This document shows, one piece after another, positions 1-9,047 of a stretch of DNA of 56,320 nucleotides (the first letter of the stretch is position 1; each line of letters starts with the position of its first letter). This DNA is from an uncultured Bacilli bacterium. Lineage in GTDB: Bacteria; Bacillota_I; Bacilli_A; RF39; UBA660. The stretch lies in assembly GCA_948999435.1 (NCBI GenBank), contig CARJCM010000002.1, positions 1 through 56,320 on the forward strand, read 5' to 3'. The translations under genes were made by a program, and so were the position numbers. A model generated the notes under the pieces. The model was given only the letters and a program-made list of their open reading frames with translations. It searched no databases and was not told where the DNA came from.

Positions 1-1069
1 CATCTGCTATCTTTGATGCATATGTTGTATTATTTCCTATATTGCTATTATACCATGACTCTAGTTGTGTTTTCGCATTTGATGCTGTTCCACTTAGTGT
101 TCTTTGACTTGTTCCGTAAGTCCAACCTACATAATATGATTTATTATAACTTGCATTATATGCTGTACTTGCTACTGCTATACTATCTGCTGTTGATGTT
201 CCATTTGCATGGCATGTTGCCCCATCATAGATTAGACGCATTGTTCCATCTCCGTTAATTCTTACGATTCTCCAACAGAAACCTCCAAACTTTACATAAT
301 TGTTTGTTACTGCTCCTCGCCAATAGTATGAATAACCTCCATACATACCATCTGATACTTTATATACACCTTCATTTGCTGTAGCTGTGTTCGCGAAGTT
401 TGGTGTTCCTGTATTTACGGTTACATTTAACTTTGCTAATGTATCTTCACTTGTATTTGGTGTTGTTTGTACACTCTTTGTTGTTGTATCGCTTTGATTT
501 CCTGCGGCATCTTTTACATACACTTTTACTGTATATGTTGTTCCTGCACTTAGTCCTGTAAATTTATGTGTATTTCCTGTCCCTTTTACTGGTGTATTAC
601 TATTTAATTGATACCAGTATTCTGTTACTCCATCATTATCTGTAGCTGTTACACTTACATTTATTTCTGTTTTTGTTACACTTGTTGTTACGTTTGTGAT
701 TGTTGGTTTTTCTTCATCTTTTTTATCAAAATATAAATAGCATCTTGTTCTTTGCTTACTTACTCCTAGAAAGTTTATCTTTCCTTCTTTATATTCAATA
801 GTTATGTTATTATCTTTAGGAGCATTTTCAATACCTGATGTTTCATTCTGTGTTTTACATACCGATTTTTCATTATTTAATTGATATCCACTTGTTGGTA
901 TTTCATTTACTATACTATAATTTGTTCCGTCTTCACTAATGTTTACGGCTAATTCTGTATTATAATTATTAGTGATATTTTCTTTCATTAATTTATCTTT
1001 CTTTATAAATGGTAATATACTTACTAATCCTATTATACTTATTCCTACTATTAATATTTTCTTTTTCAT
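1..1069 (-). CDS. Membrane-anchored/secreted protein, N-terminal 356 codons (3' end off-window). Paralog of 26194..27579 carrying an extra FN3-like domain.
   Basis: Minus-strand ATG at 1067-1069 with a GAAAGGG SD upstream. The frame stays open to base 1, so it is missing from the ORF track (no stop in window). Own translation: MKKKILIVGISIIGLVSILPF..., then an FN3-like segment (nt 467-709), then GMYGGYSYYWRGAVTNNYVKFGGFCWRIVRINGDGTMRLIYDG. That last string is almost the same in 26194..27579. Confidence 0.8.
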   Translation of the reverse strand, partial: MKKKILIVGISIIGLVSILPFIKKDKLMKENITNNYNTELAVNISEDGTNYSIVNEIPTSGYQLNNEKSVCKTQNETSGIENAPKDNNITIEYKEGKINFLGVSKQRTRCYLYFDKKDEEKPTITNVTTSVTKTEINVSVTATDNDGVTEYWYQLNSNTPVKGTGNTHKFTGLSAGTTYTVKVYVKDAAGNQSDTTTKSVQTTPNTSEDTLAKLNVTVNTGTPNFANTATANEGVYKVSDGMYGGYSYYWRGAVTNNYVKFGGFCWRIVRINGDGTMRLIYDGATCHANGTSTADSIAVASTAYNASYNKSYYVGWTYGTSQRTLSGTASNAKTQLESWYNSNIGNNTTYASKIAD

Positions 1070-1273
1070 ATTTTACCCTTTCTATTTATTGATTATAATA
1101 CTTTAAATAATCCTTTTCATTACATTCGACAAAACATACCAAAAGTTCTCACAGCACATCAAAACTCATCTATGCTAGATTTTTATCATTTATATTTATA
1201 TTTTATAACCATTTAGTTATATAGTCAAGTTATTTCTCTTAGATTATGCGAAAATAAAGATGAGGTATGAAAA

Positions 1274-1510
1274 ATGAAAATAAATTTAGAAAGATTAAAA
1301 GAAATAAGAAAAGATAACGATTATACTCAAATAGAAATAGCTAGAATTTTAGGAATAACTCAAGTCCAATATTCTAGATATGAAACTGGCGAAAGATTAA
1401 TTCCCATAACTCTTCTAATAAAATTAGCTGATTACTACAATGTCAGCGTTGACTATCTACTTGGACTCACAGATATCCGCAAACCTTATCCTAAAAGTAT
1501 TTTAATTTAA
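1274..1510 (+). CDS. XRE-family helix-turn-helix transcriptional regulator (78 aa)
   Basis: HTH motif YTQIEIARILGITQVQYSRYETGERLIP. GAGG SD upstream. Divergent from the secreted-protein gene at 1..1069. Confidence 0.85.
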   Translation: MKINLERLKEIRKDNDYTQIEIARILGITQVQYSRYETGERLIPITLLIKLADYYNVSVDYLLGLTDIRKPYPKSILI

Positions 1511-1543
1511 TATAATATATGATAAAATTAATTTGGTGATAAA

Positions 1544-2146
1544 ATGAAAAAAATAAAATATTTAATTGTAATTGTCTTATTATTAATTGCTAGTGGATGT
1601 ACCAGCAAAAAATATGATAACCCCATTGTAACTATGGAGATTGAAGAATATGGTACTATTGAAATAGAGCTATATCCCGAATATGCTCCTAATACTGTAG
1701 CTAATTTTGTAAACTTAATTGAAAGTGGTTTCTATGATGGCAATAATTTTCATAGATTAGCCAAAGACTTTGTACTTCAAGGTGGTGACCCCAATGGAAA
1801 TGGTACAGGCGGACCTGGATACTCTATTAAAGGAGAATTTAGTAAAAATGGTTACACTAAAAACACTTTAAGTCATGATGTAGGTATCATCTCAATGGCT
1901 AGAAGTCAAGATATGGATAGTGCTGGTTCTCAATTTTTCATCGTATTAAGCGCTAGCGCCAAATATGCTTTAGATGATAAATATGCCGGTTTTGGAAAAG
2001 TAACTAAAGGAATGGAAATTTTAAAAGAAATTGAAAGAACTGAAGAAGTAACAGATGATATAAGTGGCAAATTAAAAGAGAATATTACAATTAAAAAAGT
2101 AACAGTAGACACTAAAGGTGCTACCTATAAAGTTACAAAAAATTAA
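1544..2146 (+). CDS. Peptidyl-prolyl cis-trans isomerase, cyclophilin type, lipoprotein
   Basis: Lipobox LIASGC after a hydrophobic N-terminus. Cyclophilin signature FHRLAKDFVLQGGDPNGNGTGGPGYSI. Confidence 0.9.
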   Translation: MKKIKYLIVIVLLLIASGCTSKKYDNPIVTMEIEEYGTIEIELYPEYAPNTVANFVNLIESGFYDGNNFHRLAKDFVLQGGDPNGNGTGGPGYSIKGEFSKNGYTKNTLSHDVGIISMARSQDMDSAGSQFFIVLSASAKYALDDKYAGFGKVTKGMEILKEIERTEEVTDDISGKLKENITIKKVTVDTKGATYKVTKN

Positions 2147-2170
2147 GAAGCTAAAAATTAGCTTCTTTTT
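2146..2170. terminator. Bidirectional rho-independent terminator between convergent genes
   Basis: AGAAGCTA-aaaat-TAGCTTCT hairpin with T-run on plus and A-run (T-run on minus) flanks. Lies between the stops at 2146 and 2169. Confidence 0.7.
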
Positions 2171-3125
2171 AAATTACAAATAACAATGCCATATATACAA
2201 TATAAATTATGATATAAACAATACCATTTCCTCTACTCATTTCATTTTTAGGTTTAATAAATGGAAATAATGCTAAAAATACAATTGCAATTAATAAAAT
2301 TATCATTTGAATATTATAACTAGGATTATAAGTTATAGGTTTTATACTAGCTGATACACCAACTATCATAAGCATATTGAATATATTAGATCCTATAATA
2401 TTTCCAATAGCAATATCACTATTTCCTTTTATAGCAGCAGTAACACTTGTCACAAGCTCTGGTAAGCTTGTTCCGATAGCAAGTATTGTAAGACTAATTA
2501 TAGCATCACTAATATTAAACAACTCAGCTATTTCCACTGAATTATCTACAACAAAATCTCCTCCATATTTTAAAGCTATAATCCCAATAATAATATAGAC
2601 TACATTTTTAAAGATAAAGAATTTTCCTCTCTCTTCTTTTAAAACTTCTTGAGACTTTTTTTCACTCTTATCTCCTTGCAACCCCATGTAAATAGTATAA
2701 AGAATAAAACCCAAAAATAATACTAATAAAAAAATCCCTTCTGCTTTACTAATAAAATTATTAGAAAAACAAATAATCCAAAAAATAATTGTTAAGATTA
2801 AACTTAAAGGTAATTCAATAATTCTTGTTTCTCTTTGAAACTTAATCGGTCTAATAACTGAAGATAAACCTAAAATTAATAAAAGATTACAAATATTACT
2901 CCCAATTACATTTCCCAGTGCCATATCACTATAACCTTCTACTGCTGAAGTTATACTAACAAAAAGTTCTGGCATTGAAGTACCAATAGATACTATTGTA
3001 AGACCTATAATAATTTCTGGTATATGAAACTTTTTAGCAATCTTACTAGAACCACTAACTAAAAAATCCGCTCCTTTAATTAATAATGCAAATCCTACTA
3101 TAATTAATAAAACATTTAATAACAT
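2169..3125 (-). CDS. Ca2+/Na+ antiporter, CaCA (YrbG-like) family
   Basis: 318 aa, about 10 TM segments. Two alpha-repeats: GTSMPELFVS...GNVIGSNICNLL and GTSLPELVTS...GNIIGSNIFNML. Confidence 0.85.
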   Translation of the reverse strand: MLLNVLLIIVGFALLIKGADFLVSGSSKIAKKFHIPEIIIGLTIVSIGTSMPELFVSITSAVEGYSDMALGNVIGSNICNLLLILGLSSVIRPIKFQRETRIIELPLSLILTIIFWIICFSNNFISKAEGIFLLVLFLGFILYTIYMGLQGDKSEKKSQEVLKEERGKFFIFKNVVYIIIGIIALKYGGDFVVDNSVEIAELFNISDAIISLTILAIGTSLPELVTSVTAAIKGNSDIAIGNIIGSNIFNMLMIVGVSASIKPITYNPSYNIQMIILLIAIVFLALFPFIKPKNEMSRGNGIVYIIIYIVYMALLFVI

Positions 3126-3139
3126 AAATTAATCTTCCT

Positions 3140-4036
3140 TTAATATCCAATTCTATAATTCATTGTATTTTTTTCATAAATTGTAATTTTATTTTGCTTA
3201 TCATCAACTATATTATAAACTCTCTCTCCATTAACCTCTTTAAAAGAAAATCCAAAAATATTAGTTGATAACTTATTATAAATATCCATCATTTGATTTT
3301 TAAAATCATCATTGCTACTATATTTCTTCCTTGTATTATCATCCAACATCAAATAAGCTCTTTTATTATCATAAACCATTAAATTTATAAACTCTGTTAT
3401 ATAAACAATCAATTTATTTTTCTCGCTAATTGTATAAGAAGATAATAAAGTCTCACTCTTAATATTTTTACTTTTAATATCATAACTTTTAGCAAAAGTT
3501 TCTATATTCAAATTACTTTCTAATGGTTTTATAACAAAATATCTACTTTTATTATCAACAACAATCAAAAAGTTAACACTTGGATAATACTGAAACTCAT
3601 CCTCCATCATCGTCATATTTGTCAAATAGCCATTAATAAAATAATAAGAAATAGAACTATTAGGATTATAATATATAGACTTAGCAATATAACTAACTGT
3701 TTCATAATCAGAATTAATGATATTATAAATATTACTATTATTTATTTGTTTTTCTTTTTTAAAATCATCATCTAATATATCAAGTAAACTATTTGTATTT
3801 TTATTAGCAAGCATACTATAATAATTATTTATAGAATTTTGAAGAGCAAAGAATAAACTTTCATCTTTAAGCTCCTCAATTTCTTTAGAAATAACATCTT
3901 GTACTCCATTAGGCTCTGTGGATGTTTTTTTATCTTGCTCATCTTTAAAAATAATTCCTAAAAGAACAGCTATAATAGCAATAATAATTAATATAATACC
4001 AATAAATATCAACATTTTCTTTTTATGTTCTTCCAT
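3140..4036 (-). CDS. Hypothetical membrane-anchored protein (N-terminal TM, extracytoplasmic domain)
   Basis: 298-aa ORF starting 10 nt after the stop of 4047..8201, so probably co-transcribed. One N-terminal TM (LIFIGIILIIIAIIAVLLGII). No motif recognised. Confidence 0.6.
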   Translation of the reverse strand: MEEHKKKMLIFIGIILIIIAIIAVLLGIIFKDEQDKKTSTEPNGVQDVISKEIEELKDESLFFALQNSINNYYSMLANKNTNSLLDILDDDFKKEKQINNSNIYNIINSDYETVSYIAKSIYYNPNSSISYYFINGYLTNMTMMEDEFQYYPSVNFLIVVDNKSRYFVIKPLESNLNIETFAKSYDIKSKNIKSETLLSSYTISEKNKLIVYITEFINLMVYDNKRAYLMLDDNTRKKYSSNDDFKNQMMDIYNKLSTNIFGFSFKEVNGERVYNIVDDKQNKITIYEKNTMNYRIGY

Positions 4037-4046
4037 TTTTATTCTC

Positions 4047-7000
4047 CTAATCTATACAACCATTTTTTACATATGTAGTCATATTTGGTACTATTTGATC
4101 AGCTCTATTTGTACACGAATCTTTAGTATTTAAATCTCTAACAGAACCTTTTGGTCTTTCAAAGTTCTTACAAAAAGCAACTGCTGTATCATAACCACTA
4201 TAAGAACCTGTAATATACTTTTCTGTTACACTATAACTAGACTTTTCTGTCACTTCATAATAGAAGAAATTTAATTGCGCTACCATACTAGCTGGTTTAA
4301 TATTCTTTTCTTTAGCATAATCAATCAATTCTATTCTTCTGCCAAAACTCCACTGAACTATACCGAAACCTGCTGCAACACTTGCTGGAGCTGAATAAAT
4401 ATTACTAAAATTATAGCCACTACCAAATTCAACTATTTCTGGGCTAAATGTACTAGCACTTTCTCTTTGCATATTTGTAAGTATTCCAATTGTCGCATTA
4501 TCCGAAAAACCACTAGCTTTTAGAGATTTACAAACTACACTTTTGTTTCTACTACTATTTGAATAATCTCCATTATCACCAACAACAATAATTCCCCCAT
4601 CTATGTTTGAAACAGCAAAATTACTAGGTCTTGTATTTTCTGCGTTTATATAATTCAAAGGATTAACTTTTGTTCCATCTAAACGTACTTCAAAATGCAA
4701 ATGGCAACCAGTAGAAGAACCACTACTTCCCATGATTCCAATTTTTTGGCCTTGTTTAACAGTATCCCCAACTTTTACCACTACAGAATCACTTGACATA
4801 TGAGCATAAACCGTAGAAGTTCCATCGCCATGATCTATAATCACATAATTCCCATAGCCTCCCCCACATTTATTACCATACGAACCAACTGTTGGACAAG
4901 TATCATTAGAAGAAGTAACAGTTCCAGATTTTGCAGCAATAATAACATTAGAATAACAAGCAGACCCTCCAGAAATATCAACACCACCATGATTACTACT
5001 TACTCCATTTATAACTCTTGGACCAAATGGCGAAGTAATGGTTGTTGTAGTCGGTTCTCCCCCATAAATATCTCCGTTTGTTGAATCTTTACTACCAATT
5101 GGCCACCAAAAAGCATCATTCTCTGTTAACATATAGTATGTACAATAATCACTTAATCTATATAAAGAAAGTTTAGAACTAATAACACTAGGCCCCGAAT
5201 TTCCACTTAAATTACTAATAATCTTATTATAAATAATTTTATAATCTTCTTTACCATAATGGATACCAGCATTATCATAACTATTTATCGAACTTTCTGT
5301 ATATTCTAAATCAATATACTTTAAATTACTTAAATTAGCAGTTTTAATACCTTCTTTAATTGTATTATTAAAGCTAGTAATTTTTTCATTCTTAGCATAT
5401 TTAGACTTACTATCTTGAACAGGTCCCACTGAAACAACATAAATATTGTGCCCACTCCACTCTCCGCTTGCAAGTTCTATATACTTTTCTAAATAACTAT
5501 TAACATTACCTAAATCATTAACTCCTAACCAAATAATTATATTATAAAGCTTACCACTAACTATTTTTGAATTTATGGCATTAATACCACCATTAGACGC
5601 ATTAGTAGTTCCATTAAAGCCACTATCACCAACTAACCAATTATAACCATATCCTACTCCATATACTGTGTTACTTTCATTTATAACTCCAACATTAAGT
5701 ATTCCTTGAGTTCGTGAGTCTCCTAAAAACAAATTATCTCTAACATTATCAATTGTAATATTTTCCTCTGTATCAACTGCAAAAACAGATTCAAGTATTT
5801 CATTGTATTTAGCTCCAGACATTGCTACACTCTCCAAAGCACTTAATATATTATCATCAATTGTTATTGCATTAGCCCTACTTAATGATGAAATACTAGA
5901 TTTATAAGATGAAGATATAAATAAATATTCATTTACTTCTTCATATAAACTATTTAAAGTTTCTAATTGATTATCAACTCCATCAAATAAAGCATTTTCA
6001 TCAATTGTTCCACTATAAACATCACAAATTCTCAAAGTTACATCTTTATTATTACTACTATATCCACCTAAGCTCAGAGCATTAGTTTTAAGTATAATCA
6101 TTAAAGCTTTTATTGCCTCTTCTGAATAAGAACCATCTTTTGTGTAAAGATAAGCCATTCTTACAACGTAATCATTTAAATCTAAACTCTGAATATCTTC
6201 ATTTGACTCACAACTAGTTATAGTAACCTTAGTATCATTAAAATTACAAGCAGCATCATAATAGCCCATTGCGCCATTCATACCTTTATCATCATTACTT
6301 GAAGCTATTATAATAAGAAATAAAAATATTATAAAAATACCAAGTCCAATAGCTCCCCATGTCCAAGGATTCTTTTTAAGGAATTCTATTAATTTATTTT
6401 TTTTATCTTTTTTAGGTTCATCATTTGTTCCTTCTGATAAACCAGGAACTAATTCATTGGGAATTTCATCTCCTAAATTATCATCATCATTTAAATCACT
6501 ATCACTGCCACTAATTCTTGAACCAATATTATTATCGCCTAAAGAAGTATCAGTATTTTCATCCAAGTCTTCACCTGAATCATCATCAACTAATTCATCC
6601 TCATCTGGTAATAAAGCTGGATTTAAACTTGTATTTGAAGCAAATCTTCTTCCAACCGCTCCCATAGTACGCGAATTAACTTGAGTCCCTGTTGTTACTA
6701 TTCCTGAAGTACTAGTATCTACTGCGCCAATCATTGCTCTATTTTTTTTACTAACTTTAAAAGCTTTAGGACCAGCAGCATCAACTTGATTCTTTTGCAA
6801 AATTTCATCATTTACATTTTGATTAAGTGCCTCAGGCTTTCCATCTAGTTCACTAGAAATAGATGCATCAGCATTAATATCGCTTTGATAACTATTGCTA
6901 TTACTACCTAAATGCCCTTCACTAGCAATATTTACTGAATGTGCTTCTCCAGAAGCAATACCACCAACATTTCTAAATGAGCTTTCATTAAAATTAATGT

Positions 7001-8201
7001 ATCCATTACTACTTACATTTAAATTTTTATATTCATCTTTTAAATAATTATTATATTTACGAGATATTAAACCTCTAGAGATTGCTTTTTTAACAAGCAT
7101 TGCTTCTAACAAAGCTCTAGTATTATCATCCCCACCATTAAATTTATTAAATAATCTAATAAATTTATCCATTGGTGAATTATATCTTATATTTGCGGAA
7201 TAACTATTAAAATAATCAGCAAACATTGATTCAAAACTTATCCCTGATTCCTGACATATTGCTTCAAAAGAATTAAAAAACTGATCTCCAAAATAATTTA
7301 AATTACGAGCGTTCAATCCTGAAACTTTAAGACTACTACGTAATCTTTCTAAAGCTGAATCAGTTTTATTTTTATAAGTAGCCTTTCTTTCCACATAAGA
7401 AATTACTTTTTTTACTGTTTCTTCAGTAGCACAATTAACTCTAATTATTTCTGCAACAACATTCTCTACTTTAACATTTGGCGGAAGAATTATTTTAGCA
7501 TTTTTATTATTTATTGCATCTTTAATATTATAATCAGCATTACCACCAGTTTTACTAACAAACTCTGCTTCTGTACTTGTACTTTCAATTCTATTTATAG
7601 CATCATTAATATTTGTAATAGAAACTTCTTTACTTAAATCCTCATCTTCACTTATTTCTTCAACAATTGTTTTAAATTCTAGTAAAGTTTCTTCAGTAGA
7701 GTTAGAAGCTGTAATAAGATTATCAATTTCATAACTATCATTTTCTGTATCTTTTTCATAGTCAATATTACTTGTTATATTTTTATCTTCTTGTAAATTA
7801 GCTTTTATTCCTTCGATTGATTCATTAACAGTTTCTATTTCAGAGTAACTATTTCTTACACTATTATATATTTCACTAGCTTCCCCTAAAATACTATCTA
7901 ATCTAGATAAATCACTACTATAAACATTAGTTTTATTTCCAATAAAATCTTTTAAATAATCAATTTTTCTTTGTAAATCTGGACTTAAGTCATAAGTATT
8001 AATTTGATTTAATATCGCTTTTAAAATAAGTTGTTTTAAATTATAAGAATTAACTAAATCATCATTATCTATAATTAAAGTATCACTATCATCAAACTTA
8101 TAACGTTCTTTAAGTGAAGATTTTAAAGTTTTATCTAATTCTTCATCAATTAAAAAACGATAACTCTTACCTCCAATTATAATTGCTATATATTTTCTCA
8201 T
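4047..8201 (-). CDS. Giant bitopic multidomain peptidoglycan hydrolase. Cytoplasmic N-domain of unknown function, one TM, then SpoIID-like (tentative), SGNH/GDSL esterase, M23 metallopeptidase and phage-tail-lysozyme-like domains.
   Basis: 1384 aa with no signal peptide. Single TM at aa 613-635 (nt 6297-6365). SGNH blocks: LFLGDSRTQG, WLGVNDL, DNAGIHY (nt ~5217-5738). M23 motifs: HGGVDISGG, YVIIDHGDGTSTVYAHM, GCHLHFEV (nt ~4647-5039). C-terminal GILTNMQRESA...GFGIVQWSFGRR (nt ~4122-4538) resembles the Phage_lysozyme2-type domain. Confidence 0.8.
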   Translation of the reverse strand: MRKYIAIIIGGKSYRFLIDEELDKTLKSSLKERYKFDDSDTLIIDNDDLVNSYNLKQLILKAILNQINTYDLSPDLQRKIDYLKDFIGNKTNVYSSDLSRLDSILGEASEIYNSVRNSYSEIETVNESIEGIKANLQEDKNITSNIDYEKDTENDSYEIDNLITASNSTEETLLEFKTIVEEISEDEDLSKEVSITNINDAINRIESTSTEAEFVSKTGGNADYNIKDAINNKNAKIILPPNVKVENVVAEIIRVNCATEETVKKVISYVERKATYKNKTDSALERLRSSLKVSGLNARNLNYFGDQFFNSFEAICQESGISFESMFADYFNSYSANIRYNSPMDKFIRLFNKFNGGDDNTRALLEAMLVKKAISRGLISRKYNNYLKDEYKNLNVSSNGYINFNESSFRNVGGIASGEAHSVNIASEGHLGSNSNSYQSDINADASISSELDGKPEALNQNVNDEILQKNQVDAAGPKAFKVSKKNRAMIGAVDTSTSGIVTTGTQVNSRTMGAVGRRFASNTSLNPALLPDEDELVDDDSGEDLDENTDTSLGDNNIGSRISGSDSDLNDDDNLGDEIPNELVPGLSEGTNDEPKKDKKNKLIEFLKKNPWTWGAIGLGIFIIFLFLIIIASSNDDKGMNGAMGYYDAACNFNDTKVTITSCESNEDIQSLDLNDYVVRMAYLYTKDGSYSEEAIKALMIILKTNALSLGGYSSNNKDVTLRICDVYSGTIDENALFDGVDNQLETLNSLYEEVNEYLFISSSYKSSISSLSRANAITIDDNILSALESVAMSGAKYNEILESVFAVDTEENITIDNVRDNLFLGDSRTQGILNVGVINESNTVYGVGYGYNWLVGDSGFNGTTNASNGGINAINSKIVSGKLYNIIIWLGVNDLGNVNSYLEKYIELASGEWSGHNIYVVSVGPVQDSKSKYAKNEKITSFNNTIKEGIKTANLSNLKYIDLEYTESSINSYDNAGIHYGKEDYKIIYNKIISNLSGNSGPSVISSKLSLYRLSDYCTYYMLTENDAFWWPIGSKDSTNGDIYGGEPTTTTITSPFGPRVINGVSSNHGGVDISGGSACYSNVIIAAKSGTVTSSNDTCPTVGSYGNKCGGGYGNYVIIDHGDGTSTVYAHMSSDSVVVKVGDTVKQGQKIGIMGSSGSSTGCHLHFEVRLDGTKVNPLNYINAENTRPSNFAVSNIDGGIIVVGDNGDYSNSSRNKSVVCKSLKASGFSDNATIGILTNMQRESASTFSPEIVEFGSGYNFSNIYSAPASVAAGFGIVQWSFGRRIELIDYAKEKNIKPASMVAQLNFFYYEVTEKSSYSVTEKYITGSYSGYDTAVAFCKNFERPKGSVRDLNTKDSCTNRADQIVPNMTTYVKNGCID

Positions 8202-8282
8202 AAAACCACCATTAAACTTATTTTAAAATTTATCTTCTCTTAATTATAACATAAAGATTAACAAATTAAAAGAAAGTAAGAC

Positions 8283-8309
8283 ACTAAATTAAAGTTTTGT
8301 CATAAATTA
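8283..8309 (+). promoter_or_regulatory. Candidate mother-cell sigma-K-type promoter for the CotZ-like gene
   Basis: AC (8283-8284), 16 nt, CATAAATTA (8301-8309). This matches the AC-N16/17-CATAnnnTA sigma-K pattern and lies 30 nt upstream of the ATG. Pattern match only. Confidence 0.3.
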
Positions 8310-8339
8310 ATAGTGAGAATACATGAAAGGGTGAATAAT

Positions 8340-8783
8340 ATGAATAATTGTGAAAATAATACTTCTGGAAACTGTGTCAATGAAATATTAAGTGTAATAT
8401 TAGTTCTTCAACAAAATGCATGTCCAGAATCATGTTTAGATTCTTGTGATAGACCAGTTTTAGGCGGAGGACCAAATTGTTTAATATGTAATACTAGACC
8501 TGTTATGCTTTATACATGTTGTGGAAATGGAACTCCTTGGAGTATGCCAACAACAAAAGACACCACTGTTACTTGTGCAGGTACTGAATCATCTGAATGT
8601 TCAAGAGTATTTAGAGTAGAAAAAATTGAAGGAAACTGTGCTACATTTAGAGTTTTAGCTGACAATCCAGATACAACTAGTCTTAATCCATACATTGCTA
8701 CAAATTCTTTCTTTACAATGGATTGCGATTGCCTATGCGCTATTAGATGCTTGTCAGACACTTATGTGGATTGTGTCTGCTAA
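8340..8783 (+). CDS. Spore coat protein, CotZ/CotY family
   Basis: Start moved to the ATG at 8340 (GGGTG SD 6 nt upstream). Cys-rich. C-terminal pattern CSRVFRVEKIEGNCATFRVL...MDCDCLCAIRCL parallels B. subtilis CotZ/CotY (FFRVE..G.CATL...DL.CFCAI.CL). Confidence 0.75.
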   Translation: MNNCENNTSGNCVNEILSVILVLQQNACPESCLDSCDRPVLGGGPNCLICNTRPVMLYTCCGNGTPWSMPTTKDTTVTCAGTESSECSRVFRVEKIEGNCATFRVLADNPDTTSLNPYIATNSFFTMDCDCLCAIRCLSDTYVDCVC

Positions 8784-8816
8784 TAAAAAGCGGGAAAACT
8801 TAATAATTTACAGACA

Positions 8817-8849
8817 AAACCTCACATTTAAAAATGCGAGGTTTTATCT
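8817..8849 (+). terminator. Rho-independent terminator of the CotZ-like gene
   Basis: AAACCTC...GAGGTTT stem followed by TTTTATCTT. Confidence 0.6.
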
Positions 8850-8885
8850 TGAAATAATTTTTATTTTCTTAAAAATCTAAGAAAA

Positions 8886-8969
8886 TTATTTTTCCATATT
8901 ATCAAGCACAAACTTTATCACTTCTATTATAAACTTAATAAAACTAATGCTTATATCCTTCTTAATGTT
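8886..8969 (-). pseudogene. Decayed remnant of a ribbon-helix-helix gene homologous to 26016..26174
   Basis: Own translation NIKKDISISFIKFIIEVIKFVLDNMEK* versus KVKGDVTFTRFVIEAIKFALDNMED* in the intact copy. In-frame TAA immediately upstream (8970-8972) and no start codon. Confidence 0.6.
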
Positions 8970-8984
8970 TTATTTAAATTTAAC

Positions 8985-9009
8985 AAAAAAGACAAATAAG
9001 TAATTTGTC
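8985..9009 (-). terminator. Rho-independent terminator of the thioredoxin-like gene
   Basis: On the minus strand: GACAAAT-tactt-ATTTGTC followed by TTTTTTG. Confidence 0.7.
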
Positions 9010-9047
9010 AACATTTTGAAGGGCTTATAATCACTTATAAATTCTTT

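Noticed and set aside
4047-8201. Giant hydrolase as a VirB1/CwlT/TcpG-like conjugation or phage-tail lysin
   Set aside because: No coupling protein, VirB4-like ATPase, relaxase, or phage structural or integrase genes lie nearby. The neighbours are a Ca2+ antiporter, a PPIase and a coat gene.
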